DNA of 24,000 bases. Origin: Burkholderia sp. WTPI3 (GTDB taxonomy: Bacteria; Pseudomonadota; Gammaproteobacteria; Burkholderiales; Burkholderiaceae). The position numbers were made by a program, and so were the translations under genes. The stretch lies in contig NZ_JAGIXF010000037.1 of the NCBI RefSeq assembly GCF_021483755.1, positions 1-24,000 on the forward strand. The letters are read 5' to 3'. Each line of letters opens with the position of its first letter. Position 1 is the stretch's first letter. The notes beneath the pieces were generated by a model that saw only the letters and a list, made by a program, of their open reading frames with translations, had not been told where the DNA came from and searched no databases. Below, one piece after another: positions 17,360-24,000 of the stretch.

Positions 17360-18889
17360 ATGACCAAGAAACCACTGGTGCGCGCGGTGTTGACTGTATT
17401 CGCCGGTGCAGCCTTGCTCGGGGCAGGCTACTTTGCGGGCACACGGCACGCGGCAACCCCCGCTGCGGCAGCCTCGACTGTCGCTGCCTGGTCAGGCGAC
17501 AAGCTTGACCCCAAGACTGGCAGGAAAGTGCTGTACTGGCACGACCCGATGGTGCCGAACCAGCATTTCGACAAGCCGGGCAAATCGCCTTTCATGGACA
17601 TGCAACTGGAGCCCGTCTACGCGGATGAAGGCGGCGGCTCCTCCGGCATCAAGATCGACCCGGGGCTGCAGCAGAACCTCGGCATTCGCTACACAACCGT
17701 GCGCCGGCAGGACACGGCGGGCGGATTCGACGCCGTCGGTACGACGCAATTCGACGAATCGCGCGCGGATGTCGTGCAGTCGCGCGTCACCGGCTACATC
17801 GACCGACTGTATGCGAACGCGCCGATGCAACGCATCGCGAAAGGCGCGCCAGTCGCATCGCTGTTCGTCCCGGAATGGCTTGCACCGCAAGAGGAATACC
17901 TCGCGCTCCAGCGCGGCGGGATGGACGCCAGCCTGCTTGAAGCGTCGCGCGCGCGCATGCGCGCGATGTCGATTCCGGACGGCATCATCGCGAGCCTCGA
18001 CCGAACCGGCAAAGCCCAGACGCACGTCGTGCTGACGTCGCCCGAAGCCGGTGTCGTCAGCGAGCTGAACGTTCGCGATGGTGCGATGGTCGCGCCCGGC
18101 CAGACGCTCGCGAAGATTGCGGGCCTGTCGAAACTCTGGCTCATCGTCGAGATTCCCGAGGCCCTGGCGCTGAACGTGCAACCCGGTATGACGGTCGACG
18201 CGACGTTCGCCGGTGACCCGAGCCAACACTTCGCCGGACACATCCGCGAGATCCTGCCGGGCATCAGCACCACGAGCCGCACGCTTCAGGCGCGGCTGGA
18301 GATCGACAACGCTGCGCTCAAGCTTACGCCGGGCATGCTGATGCGCGTACGCGTTGCAGGTCAGAAGGCCGTGTCGAGACTGCTGGTGCCTTCCGAAGCG
18401 GTCATCACGACCGGCAAACGCTCCGTCGTCATTGTGAAGAACGGTGACGGGCGGCTTCAGCCGGCGACGGTTACCGTGGGCAATGACATCGGCAACGAAA
18501 CCGAAGTGCTGAGCGGACTGAACGACGGCGACACCGTCGTCGCGTCCGGCCAGTTCCTGATCGATTCCGAAGCGAGCCTGAAGTCCGTGCTGCCGAGGCT
18601 GGAAGGCGGTACGGGGGCCAGCGCAGTCGCGCCGGCGTCTGCGTCTGCCGCCGCTGCGCAGACCTACGAAACCACCGGCAAGGTCGAGAAAGTGACCGCC
18701 GCGGACATCACGTTCTCGCATCAACCCGTGCCGGCGCTCGGCTGGGGCGCGATGACGATGGCATTCAACAAGCCGGCGCCGAGCGCATTCCCCAACGTCA
18801 AGGCTGGACAGACGGTGCGCTTCGTCTTCAAGCAGTCGGACGATGGCTACCAGTTGACTAAGGTCGAACCGGTCGGAGGCCCGCAATGA
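17360..18889 (+). CDS. cusB: RND periplasmic adaptor (CusB/SilB type) with a fused C-terminal CusF-like metallochaperone domain
   Basis: I trimmed the start to the ATG at 17360, behind AAGGAG (17349-17354). The N-terminus has [29 protein letters not shown] (heavy-metal-binding HMBD motif) followed by the membrane-fusion core. The C-terminal ~90 aa ([33 protein letters not shown]...VRFVFKQ) is a CusF fold with His/Trp/Met/Met ligands. Confidence 0.9.
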   Translation: MTKKPLVRAVLTVFAGAALLGAGYFAGTRHAATPAAAASTVAAWSGDKLDPKTGRKVLYWHDPMVPNQHFDKPGKSPFMDMQLEPVYADEGGGSSGIKIDPGLQQNLGIRYTTVRRQDTAGGFDAVGTTQFDESRADVVQSRVTGYIDRLYANAPMQRIAKGAPVASLFVPEWLAPQEEYLALQRGGMDASLLEASRARMRAMSIPDGIIASLDRTGKAQTHVVLTSPEAGVVSELNVRDGAMVAPGQTLAKIAGLSKLWLIVEIPEALALNVQPGMTVDATFAGDPSQHFAGHIREILPGISTTSRTLQARLEIDNAALKLTPGMLMRVRVAGQKAVSRLLVPSEAVITTGKRSVVIVKNGDGRLQPATVTVGNDIGNETEVLSGLNDGDTVVASGQFLIDSEASLKSVLPRLEGGTGASAVAPASASAAAAQTYETTGKVEKVTAADITFSHQPVPALGWGAMTMAFNKPAPSAFPNVKAGQTVRFVFKQSDDGYQLTKVEPVGGPQ

Positions 18890-21800
18890 TTGCCCGACTC
18901 ATCCGCTGGTCCATCCATAACCGTTTCCTGGTGCTGCTCGCGACCGTGCTCGTGACGGGGTGGGGCCTGTACTCGGTCGCCGACACGCCGCTCGACGCAC
19001 TGCCCGACCTCTCCGATACCCAGGTCATCATCAAGGCATCGTATCCGGGCAAGGCGCCGCAGGTCATCGAGGACCAGGTCACGTACCCGCTCACGACGAC
19101 CCTGCTCGGCGTGCCCGGTGCGAAGACCATCCGTGCGTACTCGTCGTTCGGCGATGCGTTTGTCTACGTGCTGTTCGACGACAAGACCGACCAGTATTGG
19201 GCGCGTTCACGCGTACTCGAATACCTGAACCAGGTGCAAAGCCGCTTGCCGCAGGGCGCGACGGTCTCGCTCGGGCCGGACGCGACCGGTGTGGGCTGGG
19301 TGTACGAGTACGCGCTGGTCGACCGGACCGGGCAGCATGACCTCGGACAACTGCGCGCGCTTAACGACTGGTTCCTGAAGTTCGAGCTGAAGGCGGTGCC
19401 GGACGTCTCGGAGGTCGCCAGCATTGGCGGGATGGTGCGCCAGTATCAGGTCGTGCTCGACCCGGACAAGCTGCGCGCGTACGGCATCACGCAAGCCGCG
19501 GTGGCCGATGCGCTCGGCAAGGCGAATCAGGCATCGGGCGGCTCGGTCGTCGAGCTGGCCGAGTCCGAGTACATGGTGCGCTCGTCCGGCTATCTGCGCT
19601 CGCTCGACGATTTCCGACATGTCGTCTTGCGCACCAACGACGCCGGCACGCCGGTGCTGCTGGGTGACGTCGCACGCATCCAGATCGGCCCCGAGATGCG
19701 TCGCGGCATCGCGGAGCTGAACGGTCAGGGCGAAGTCGCCGGCGGCGTCATCGTGATGCGCTCGGGAAAGAACGCGCTGAAGACAATCGATGCGGTAAAG
19801 GCGAAGCTCGCCGACCTGAAGCGCTCGCTGCCACCCGGTGTCGAAGTCGTCACGACCTACGACCGATCGCAGCTCATCGAACGCGCGGTGGACAACCTGA
19901 AGGACAAGCTCATCGAGGAATTCATCATCGTCGGGCTCGTTTGTGCCGTGTTCCTATTTCACCTGCGCAGCGCGTTCGTCGCGATTCTGTCGTTGCCGCT
20001 CGGCGTGCTGGCCGCGTTTATCGTGATGCGCTACCAGGGCGTCAACGCGAACCTGATGTCGCTGGGCGGCATCGCGATCGCGATCGGCGCGATGATCGAT
20101 GCGGCGATCGTCATGATCGAGAACGCACACAAGCACCTGGAAGCATTCGACCATCAGTTTCCCGATACACGGATGACCGCCGCGCAGCGCTGGGAACTCA
20201 TTGCGACTTCGGCCGCGGAGGTGGGGCCGGCATTGTTCTTCTCGCTGCTCATCATCACGCTGTCGTTCATTCCGGTGTTCTCGCTGGAAGGACAGGAAGG
20301 CAAGCTGTTCTCGCCGCTGGCGTTCACGAAGACCTACACGATTGCGGCGGCAGCCGGTTTGTCGGTCACGCTCGTGCCGGTCCTGATGGGTTACCTGATC
20401 CGCGGCCGGATTCCGCACGAAAACGCGAATCCGATCAATCGTGTGCTGATCCGGCTGTATCGTCCATTGCTCGAGGCGACGTTGCGCCGGCCGTGGGCGG
20501 CCATTGGTCTCGCCGTGGTTGCGCTGGTGCTCACGATCGTGCCGATTTCGCGTCTCGGCGGCGAATTCATGCCGCCGCTCGACGAAGGCGACCTGCTGTA
20601 CATGCCGACCGCGCTGCCGGGCATTTCCGCCGGGAAGGCCAGCGAACTGCTGCAGCAAACCGACCGGCTCATCAAGACCGTGCCCGAGGTCGCGACGGTA
20701 TTCGGCAAGTCGGGGCGTGCGGATACGGCCACGGACCCGGCGCCGCTCGAGATGTTCGAGACGACGATCCAGTTCAAGCCGCGCAGCCAGTGGCGGCCGG
20801 GCATGACGCCGGAAAAGCTGGTCGATGAGCTGGACCGGACGGTCAACGTGCCTGGTCTCTCGAACGTATGGGTGCCGCCGATCCGCAATCGTCTCGACAT
20901 GTTGTCGACCGGCATCAAGACGCCGGTGGGCGTCAAGATTTCCGGGCCGGACCTGACGCAAATCGACCGTATCGCGACGCAGGTTGAAACGGCCGTCAAA
21001 GCTGTCCCGGGCGTGACGTCCGTACTCGCGGAACGGCTGAACGGCGGACGCTATATCGATGTGGACATCGACCGCCTCGCGGCAGCCCGTTACGGACTGT
21101 CGGTGGCCGATATCCAGTCGGTCGTGTCATCAGCGGTCGGTGGCGAAAACGTCGGCGAGGTGATTGCCGGTCGTGAGCGCTTCCCCATCAATATCCGTTA
21201 CCCGCGCGAAATCCGCGACTCGCTCGAGAAGCTGCGAGAGTTACCGGTCGTCACGGACCGCGGCGCGCAAATCCAGCTCGGCGACGTCGCACACATCACG
21301 ATCGCCGACGGCCCGCCGATGATTCGCAGCGAGAATGCGCGGCTCTCCGGGTACGTCTACGTCGATATCCGCAACACGGACCTGCAGTCCGCGGTGAAGG
21401 CAATGCAGACGGTCGTGGCCCACCAGGTCCAGCTGCCACCCGGCTACTCGATTGCGTGGTCGGGCCAGTTCGAATACCTGGAACGCGCGACGGCCAAGCT
21501 GAGTACCGTGATTCCCGTCACGCTGGTGGTCATCTTTGTGCTGTTGTTCCTGACCTTTAACTCGGCCGCCGATGCGCTGCTGCTGATGTCGACCGTGCCG
21601 TTTGCGCTGGTCGGCGGATTCTGGCTCATCTGGACACTCGGCCACGCGGTGTCGGTCGCAACATCGGTCGGATTCATCGCGCTCGCGGGCGTCGCCGCCG
21701 AGTTCGGGGTGGTGATGCTGCTGTACCTGAAGGGCGCGCTCAGTCGCCGGCTGGAGGGTGGCGAGCCGCTCACCGAGCCGCTGCTGTTCGACGCAATTCG

Positions 21801-22092
21801 CGAAGGCGCCGTGCTGCGCGTGCGGCCGAAGGCGATGACGGTGGCCGTCGTGCTCGCCGGCCTCATTCCGATCATGGTCGGACACGGTGCCGGATCGGAA
21901 GTCATGCAGCGTATCGCTGCGCCGATGGTCGGCGGCATGGTAACGGCTCCACTTCTGTCGATGTTCGTTATTCCCGCAGCGTGGTTCCTGTTGCAGCGTC
22001 GTCGCGCGCGACAGGCCAATGCTGCCCGTTTCCCCCACGCAGTACCTTTCGGCACGAAAGTGCCCGTCAACCCAACTGGAGAAGTCCAATGA
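18886..22092 (+). CDS. cusA: Heavy-metal efflux RND pump, CusA/SilA (monovalent Cu/Ag) type
   Basis: 1068 aa. The TM4 motif [15 protein letters not shown] is the monovalent-cation HME type rather than the CzcA-type D...D...E. The three Met of the CusA relay are recognisable in conserved contexts: [25 protein letters not shown] and [15 protein letters not shown]. An ATGA overlap links it to cusB. Confidence 0.93.
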   Translation: MIARLIRWSIHNRFLVLLATVLVTGWGLYSVADTPLDALPDLSDTQVIIKASYPGKAPQVIEDQVTYPLTTTLLGVPGAKTIRAYSSFGDAFVYVLFDDKTDQYWARSRVLEYLNQVQSRLPQGATVSLGPDATGVGWVYEYALVDRTGQHDLGQLRALNDWFLKFELKAVPDVSEVASIGGMVRQYQVVLDPDKLRAYGITQAAVADALGKANQASGGSVVELAESEYMVRSSGYLRSLDDFRHVVLRTNDAGTPVLLGDVARIQIGPEMRRGIAELNGQGEVAGGVIVMRSGKNALKTIDAVKAKLADLKRSLPPGVEVVTTYDRSQLIERAVDNLKDKLIEEFIIVGLVCAVFLFHLRSAFVAILSLPLGVLAAFIVMRYQGVNANLMSLGGIAIAIGAMIDAAIVMIENAHKHLEAFDHQFPDTRMTAAQRWELIATSAAEVGPALFFSLLIITLSFIPVFSLEGQEGKLFSPLAFTKTYTIAAAAGLSVTLVPVLMGYLIRGRIPHENANPINRVLIRLYRPLLEATLRRPWAAIGLAVVALVLTIVPISRLGGEFMPPLDEGDLLYMPTALPGISAGKASELLQQTDRLIKTVPEVATVFGKSGRADTATDPAPLEMFETTIQFKPRSQWRPGMTPEKLVDELDRTVNVPGLSNVWVPPIRNRLDMLSTGIKTPVGVKISGPDLTQIDRIATQVETAVKAVPGVTSVLAERLNGGRYIDVDIDRLAAARYGLSVADIQSVVSSAVGGENVGEVIAGRERFPINIRYPREIRDSLEKLRELPVVTDRGAQIQLGDVAHITIADGPPMIRSENARLSGYVYVDIRNTDLQSAVKAMQTVVAHQVQLPPGYSIAWSGQFEYLERATAKLSTVIPVTLVVIFVLLFLTFNSAADALLLMSTVPFALVGGFWLIWTLGHAVSVATSVGFIALAGVAAEFGVVMLLYLKGALSRRLEGGEPLTEPLLFDAIREGAVLRVRPKAMTVAVVLAGLIPIMVGHGAGSEVMQRIAAPMVGGMVTAPLLSMFVIPAAWFLLQRRRARQANAARFPHAVPFGTKVPVNPTGEVQ

Positions 22093-22439
22093 AGACACTG
22101 ATTGTTACATCCGCCGTCCTTGCAGCCGTTTTTGCGATGCCCGCATTTGCCGGCAAGGACATGGCCAGCATGGATATGCCGACCCAAGCGCCTGCGATGA
22201 AGGTGTCATCGAGCAACGCGCTCACCGATGCGGAGGTCAAGAAGGTCGACGCGGCAACCGGCATGGTCACGTTGAAGCACGGCGCGCTGGAAAACGTCGG
22301 CATGCCGCCGATGACGATGGCGTTCAAGGCGAAGGATCTCGCGATGGTCAAGCAGATCAAGGAAGGCGACAAGGTCAAGGTGCGCGTAGAAGAGGTCAAC
22401 GGCACCCTGACGATCGTGAAACTCGAAAAGCGCTCTTGA
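22089..22439 (+). CDS. cusF: Periplasmic Cu(I)/Ag(I) chaperone, CusF family
   Basis: I trimmed track ORF 21981..22439 to [21 protein letters not shown] at 22089, which forms an ATGA overlap with the cusA stop. The CusF core is [34 protein letters not shown]...[12 protein letters not shown] Met occupies the position where E. coli CusF has Trp44. Confidence 0.85.
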   Translation: MKTLIVTSAVLAAVFAMPAFAGKDMASMDMPTQAPAMKVSSSNALTDAEVKKVDAATGMVTLKHGALENVGMPPMTMAFKAKDLAMVKQIKEGDKVKVRVEEVNGTLTIVKLEKRS

Positions 22440-22613
22440 CGAAGCATTGATGGCCGGCGCGCAGGCTTCTGTCCGCACGCCGGCACGCCACGCGGTCGTG
22501 CGAGGAGACCACCATGCGAACGACATCATCTAACCCGTATCAGTCCGACCAGAAAACAGCGGGCACATTGTGTCGCATCCGGGCGACTGTTCAATTCAGA
22601 AACGGAGGATGTG

Positions 22614-22940
22614 ATGGAACGGAAATGTGTGATCGCGGTACTGCGTCCCGATGTGCTCGCGGTGCTCGAGCGGCGGTTAGGCGCGCTGCACATCCACGGC
22701 ATGACGGTCACCAATGCAAGAGGATTTGGTGCGCATCCGAATCTCTTTGCCAACGACTGGACAACCGAACACATCAAGATTGAAATCTTCACGGCCGCCG
22801 AGAACGTCGACGCGCTGATTGAGGAAATTGTGACGGTGGCGAATGAGCAATCAGGTGGTGATGGCGTGGTCGCCGTCGTACCAGTGGAACGATTTCTGCG
22901 GGTGCGGACGGCGACTGAGGTAACCCATGATCAAACGTAA
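22614..22940 (+). CDS. PII (GlnB)-like signal protein of the efflux-linked 'PII-NG' type
   Basis: 108-109 aa; the start is the ATG at 22614 or the GTG at 22611, behind GGAGGA. It aligns with PII: KCVIAVLRPDVLAVLERRLGALHIHGMTVTNARGFG ... IKIEIF ... GGDGVVAVVPVERFLRVRT. The T-loop region is AHPNLFANDWTTEH, with no Tyr51-like residue. Confidence 0.7.
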   Translation: MERKCVIAVLRPDVLAVLERRLGALHIHGMTVTNARGFGAHPNLFANDWTTEHIKIEIFTAAENVDALIEEIVTVANEQSGGDGVVAVVPVERFLRVRTATEVTHDQT

Positions 22941-23245
22941 GCGCTAACCTTTCTTGCTCGCCAGCAGGTTCGGGCCTCGCTGGCATGGCTCCCCTATGTT
23001 TGGCGCGAATCTCCGAGGAAGCGGGCATGTGGCGCGCCTCGCTGCCCCGAGTCGTTCGACAGCACGCCATGCGGGCACAACGGGTATCGGATCGCGGCGT
23101 CGGTTCAGCTCTGCCATGCGGAGCCATACAAGCGTGTTACGCCAATCTGTCATTTCAGTTGCATCGCCAGTCCCCCATTTGGGATTGCCCGTCGACGGGT
23201 TTCTCGCTAACCTGCACAGTCCGTCTTTGCTCAGGGATGCGCGCG

Positions 23246-24000
23246 ATGGACCACTGGCGGCTGGCGTATCTTGGCATGCGGCACTTTCCGCATGAGCTAA
23301 CCGAGTTCGAACTCAATACGTTCTTTACGTTTTCGGCCCGGGAACGCGCGCTTATCGACGGCCGCCGTTCACATCTTTACCGCTTGGCCGTCGGACTGCA
23401 TCTCGGTTTCGTGCGCATGACGGGGCGCACGCTCGATGCTTACAAACAGGTTCCGAAGCGGCTCTGGCACCATCTGGGAGAACAGCTCGGGATCGAGCCG
23501 CCGGATCTCGGCACCTTGCGCGCGCTGTACGATGACCGGACCGATACACTTGCCGACCATCAGAAGCTCGCGTATAAGGCGCTCGGCTTTCGTCCGATGG
23601 CCGAACATCAGCGACGCTACGTAGTGCGCTGGCTCAAGGAGCGGCTGTCCGGCCGGCAGGATCGCAGCACGGCGCTGTACGACCTCAAGCAGTGGTTTTA
23701 CGACCACAGAGTCCTGATCGTCCAAGACCGCGTGCTGCGCACGCTCATCGTTCAGGCCGTGCAGGATGTTGAAACTGCGCTGACGAACCGTCTCGAGGCG
23801 TCGTTCGGCACCGCAACGCTCGATCAGTGGGGCGTTCTACTGCCCCGCCCCGAGGCGAGCGGTGCAAGCCTCCAGCAGTGGCTCTGGTCCGTGCCCCTAC
23901 GGAACTCGACGAACCAGATGGGCGACCTGTTCCGCAAGATTGAGCGCTTGACCAAACTAGGCGTCCACGACCACTGGCCGGCCGAATGCAACGAGGCGGT
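23246..24000 (+). CDS. tnpA: Tn3-family transposase, copy 2 (paralogue of 10006..12942), 5' part; runs off the right edge
   Basis: The ATG at 23246 opens a frame that stays open to 24000, so it is not in the ORF track. It reads MDHWRLAYLGMRHFPHELTEFELNTFFTFSARERALIDGRRSHLYRLAVGLHLGFVRMTGRTL...QQWLWSVPLRNSTNQM. It is collinear with copy 1, and by eye more than half of the residues are identical. Confidence 0.9.
   Translation, partial: MDHWRLAYLGMRHFPHELTEFELNTFFTFSARERALIDGRRSHLYRLAVGLHLGFVRMTGRTLDAYKQVPKRLWHHLGEQLGIEPPDLGTLRALYDDRTDTLADHQKLAYKALGFRPMAEHQRRYVVRWLKERLSGRQDRSTALYDLKQWFYDHRVLIVQDRVLRTLIVQAVQDVETALTNRLEASFGTATLDQWGVLLPRPEASGASLQQWLWSVPLRNSTNQMGDLFRKIERLTKLGVHDHWPAECNEA

Larger units (their letters stand above)
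15352..24000 (+). mobile_element. Tn3-family transposon carrying a Cu/Ag efflux module; left end in the window, right end beyond it
   Basis: The left IR at 15352 faces rightward and interrupts imuA. A tnpA paralogue starts at 23246, is transcribed toward the missing right end, and is open to 24000. All intervening genes are co-oriented cargo. No resolvase gene lies in the visible part. Confidence 0.7.

Noticed and set aside
17492-20961. Long minus-strand ORFs (17492..18886, 19954..20961, 20391..20999, 21241..22187) antisense to cusB and cusA.
   Set aside because: The reasoning is the same: the sense-strand genes have unambiguous family motifs, and the antisense frames are compositional artefacts.
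15409-22949. Inverted 10-mers GGTTAGCGCT (15409-15418) and AGCGCTAACC (22940-22949) bracket the efflux genes, as if they were ends of an inner element.
   Set aside because: Similarity does not extend beyond 10 bp, and hundreds of such 10-mer coincidences are expected by chance in this window. The real terminal repeat is the 38-bp IR at 15352.
22941-23245. A 305-bp gap before tnpA copy 2 contains ORFs 22954..23295 (+), 22944..23153 (-) and 22789..23127 (-). I considered a resolvase remnant, a toxin-antitoxin pair or an IR.
   Set aside because: None of the translations shows a recognisable motif. There is no GGGG-type terminus on the plus strand. The last ~75 bp looks homologous to the region upstream of tnpA copy 1, so I treat it as the transposase leader/promoter region.

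Overview
High-GC window, Burkholderia-like by composition and gene content (inference), made of two different halves.

**Left half (1-9.4 kb): ordinary accessory chromosome.**
- A complete N-type ATPase operon lies on the minus strand in the order atpD-atpC-atpQ-atpR-atpB-atpE-atpF-atpA'. It runs off the left edge.
- It is divergent from a CBS-pair/BON protein gene. The shared intergenic region holds two FNR/Anr-type boxes at class II spacing.
- Downstream are a cytochrome b562/b561 pair, an OmpR-family response regulator with its histidine kinase, and a DUF4148 secreted protein.

**Right half (9.6-24 kb): a mosaic of mobile DNA.**
- (i) A minimal Tn3-family element carrying only tnpA. Its right inverted repeat (13106-13143) cuts into an IS3-family element.
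- (ii) A 2.2 kb backbone remnant with an H-NS-like gene, an unusually long SRAP/YedK-family gene, a perfect LexA box and the first ~60 codons of imuA.
- (iii) A second, related Tn3-family transposon. Its left inverted repeat (15352-15389) truncates imuA. It carries a Cu/Ag efflux module (small periplasmic protein, cusC, cusB with a fused CusF-like domain, cusA, cusF), a PII-like gene, and a second tnpA paralogue that runs off the right edge.

No rRNA, tRNA or CRISPR array was seen. I found no clearly new multi-gene system. The observations most worth follow-up are:
- FNR-type control of the N-ATPase operon.
- The copper/silver transposon that disrupts an SOS mutagenesis cassette.
- The SRAP variant with a ~95-residue insertion.
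- The efflux-linked PII-like protein.

Many long ORFs in the track are antisense or out-of-frame artefacts of high GC content.
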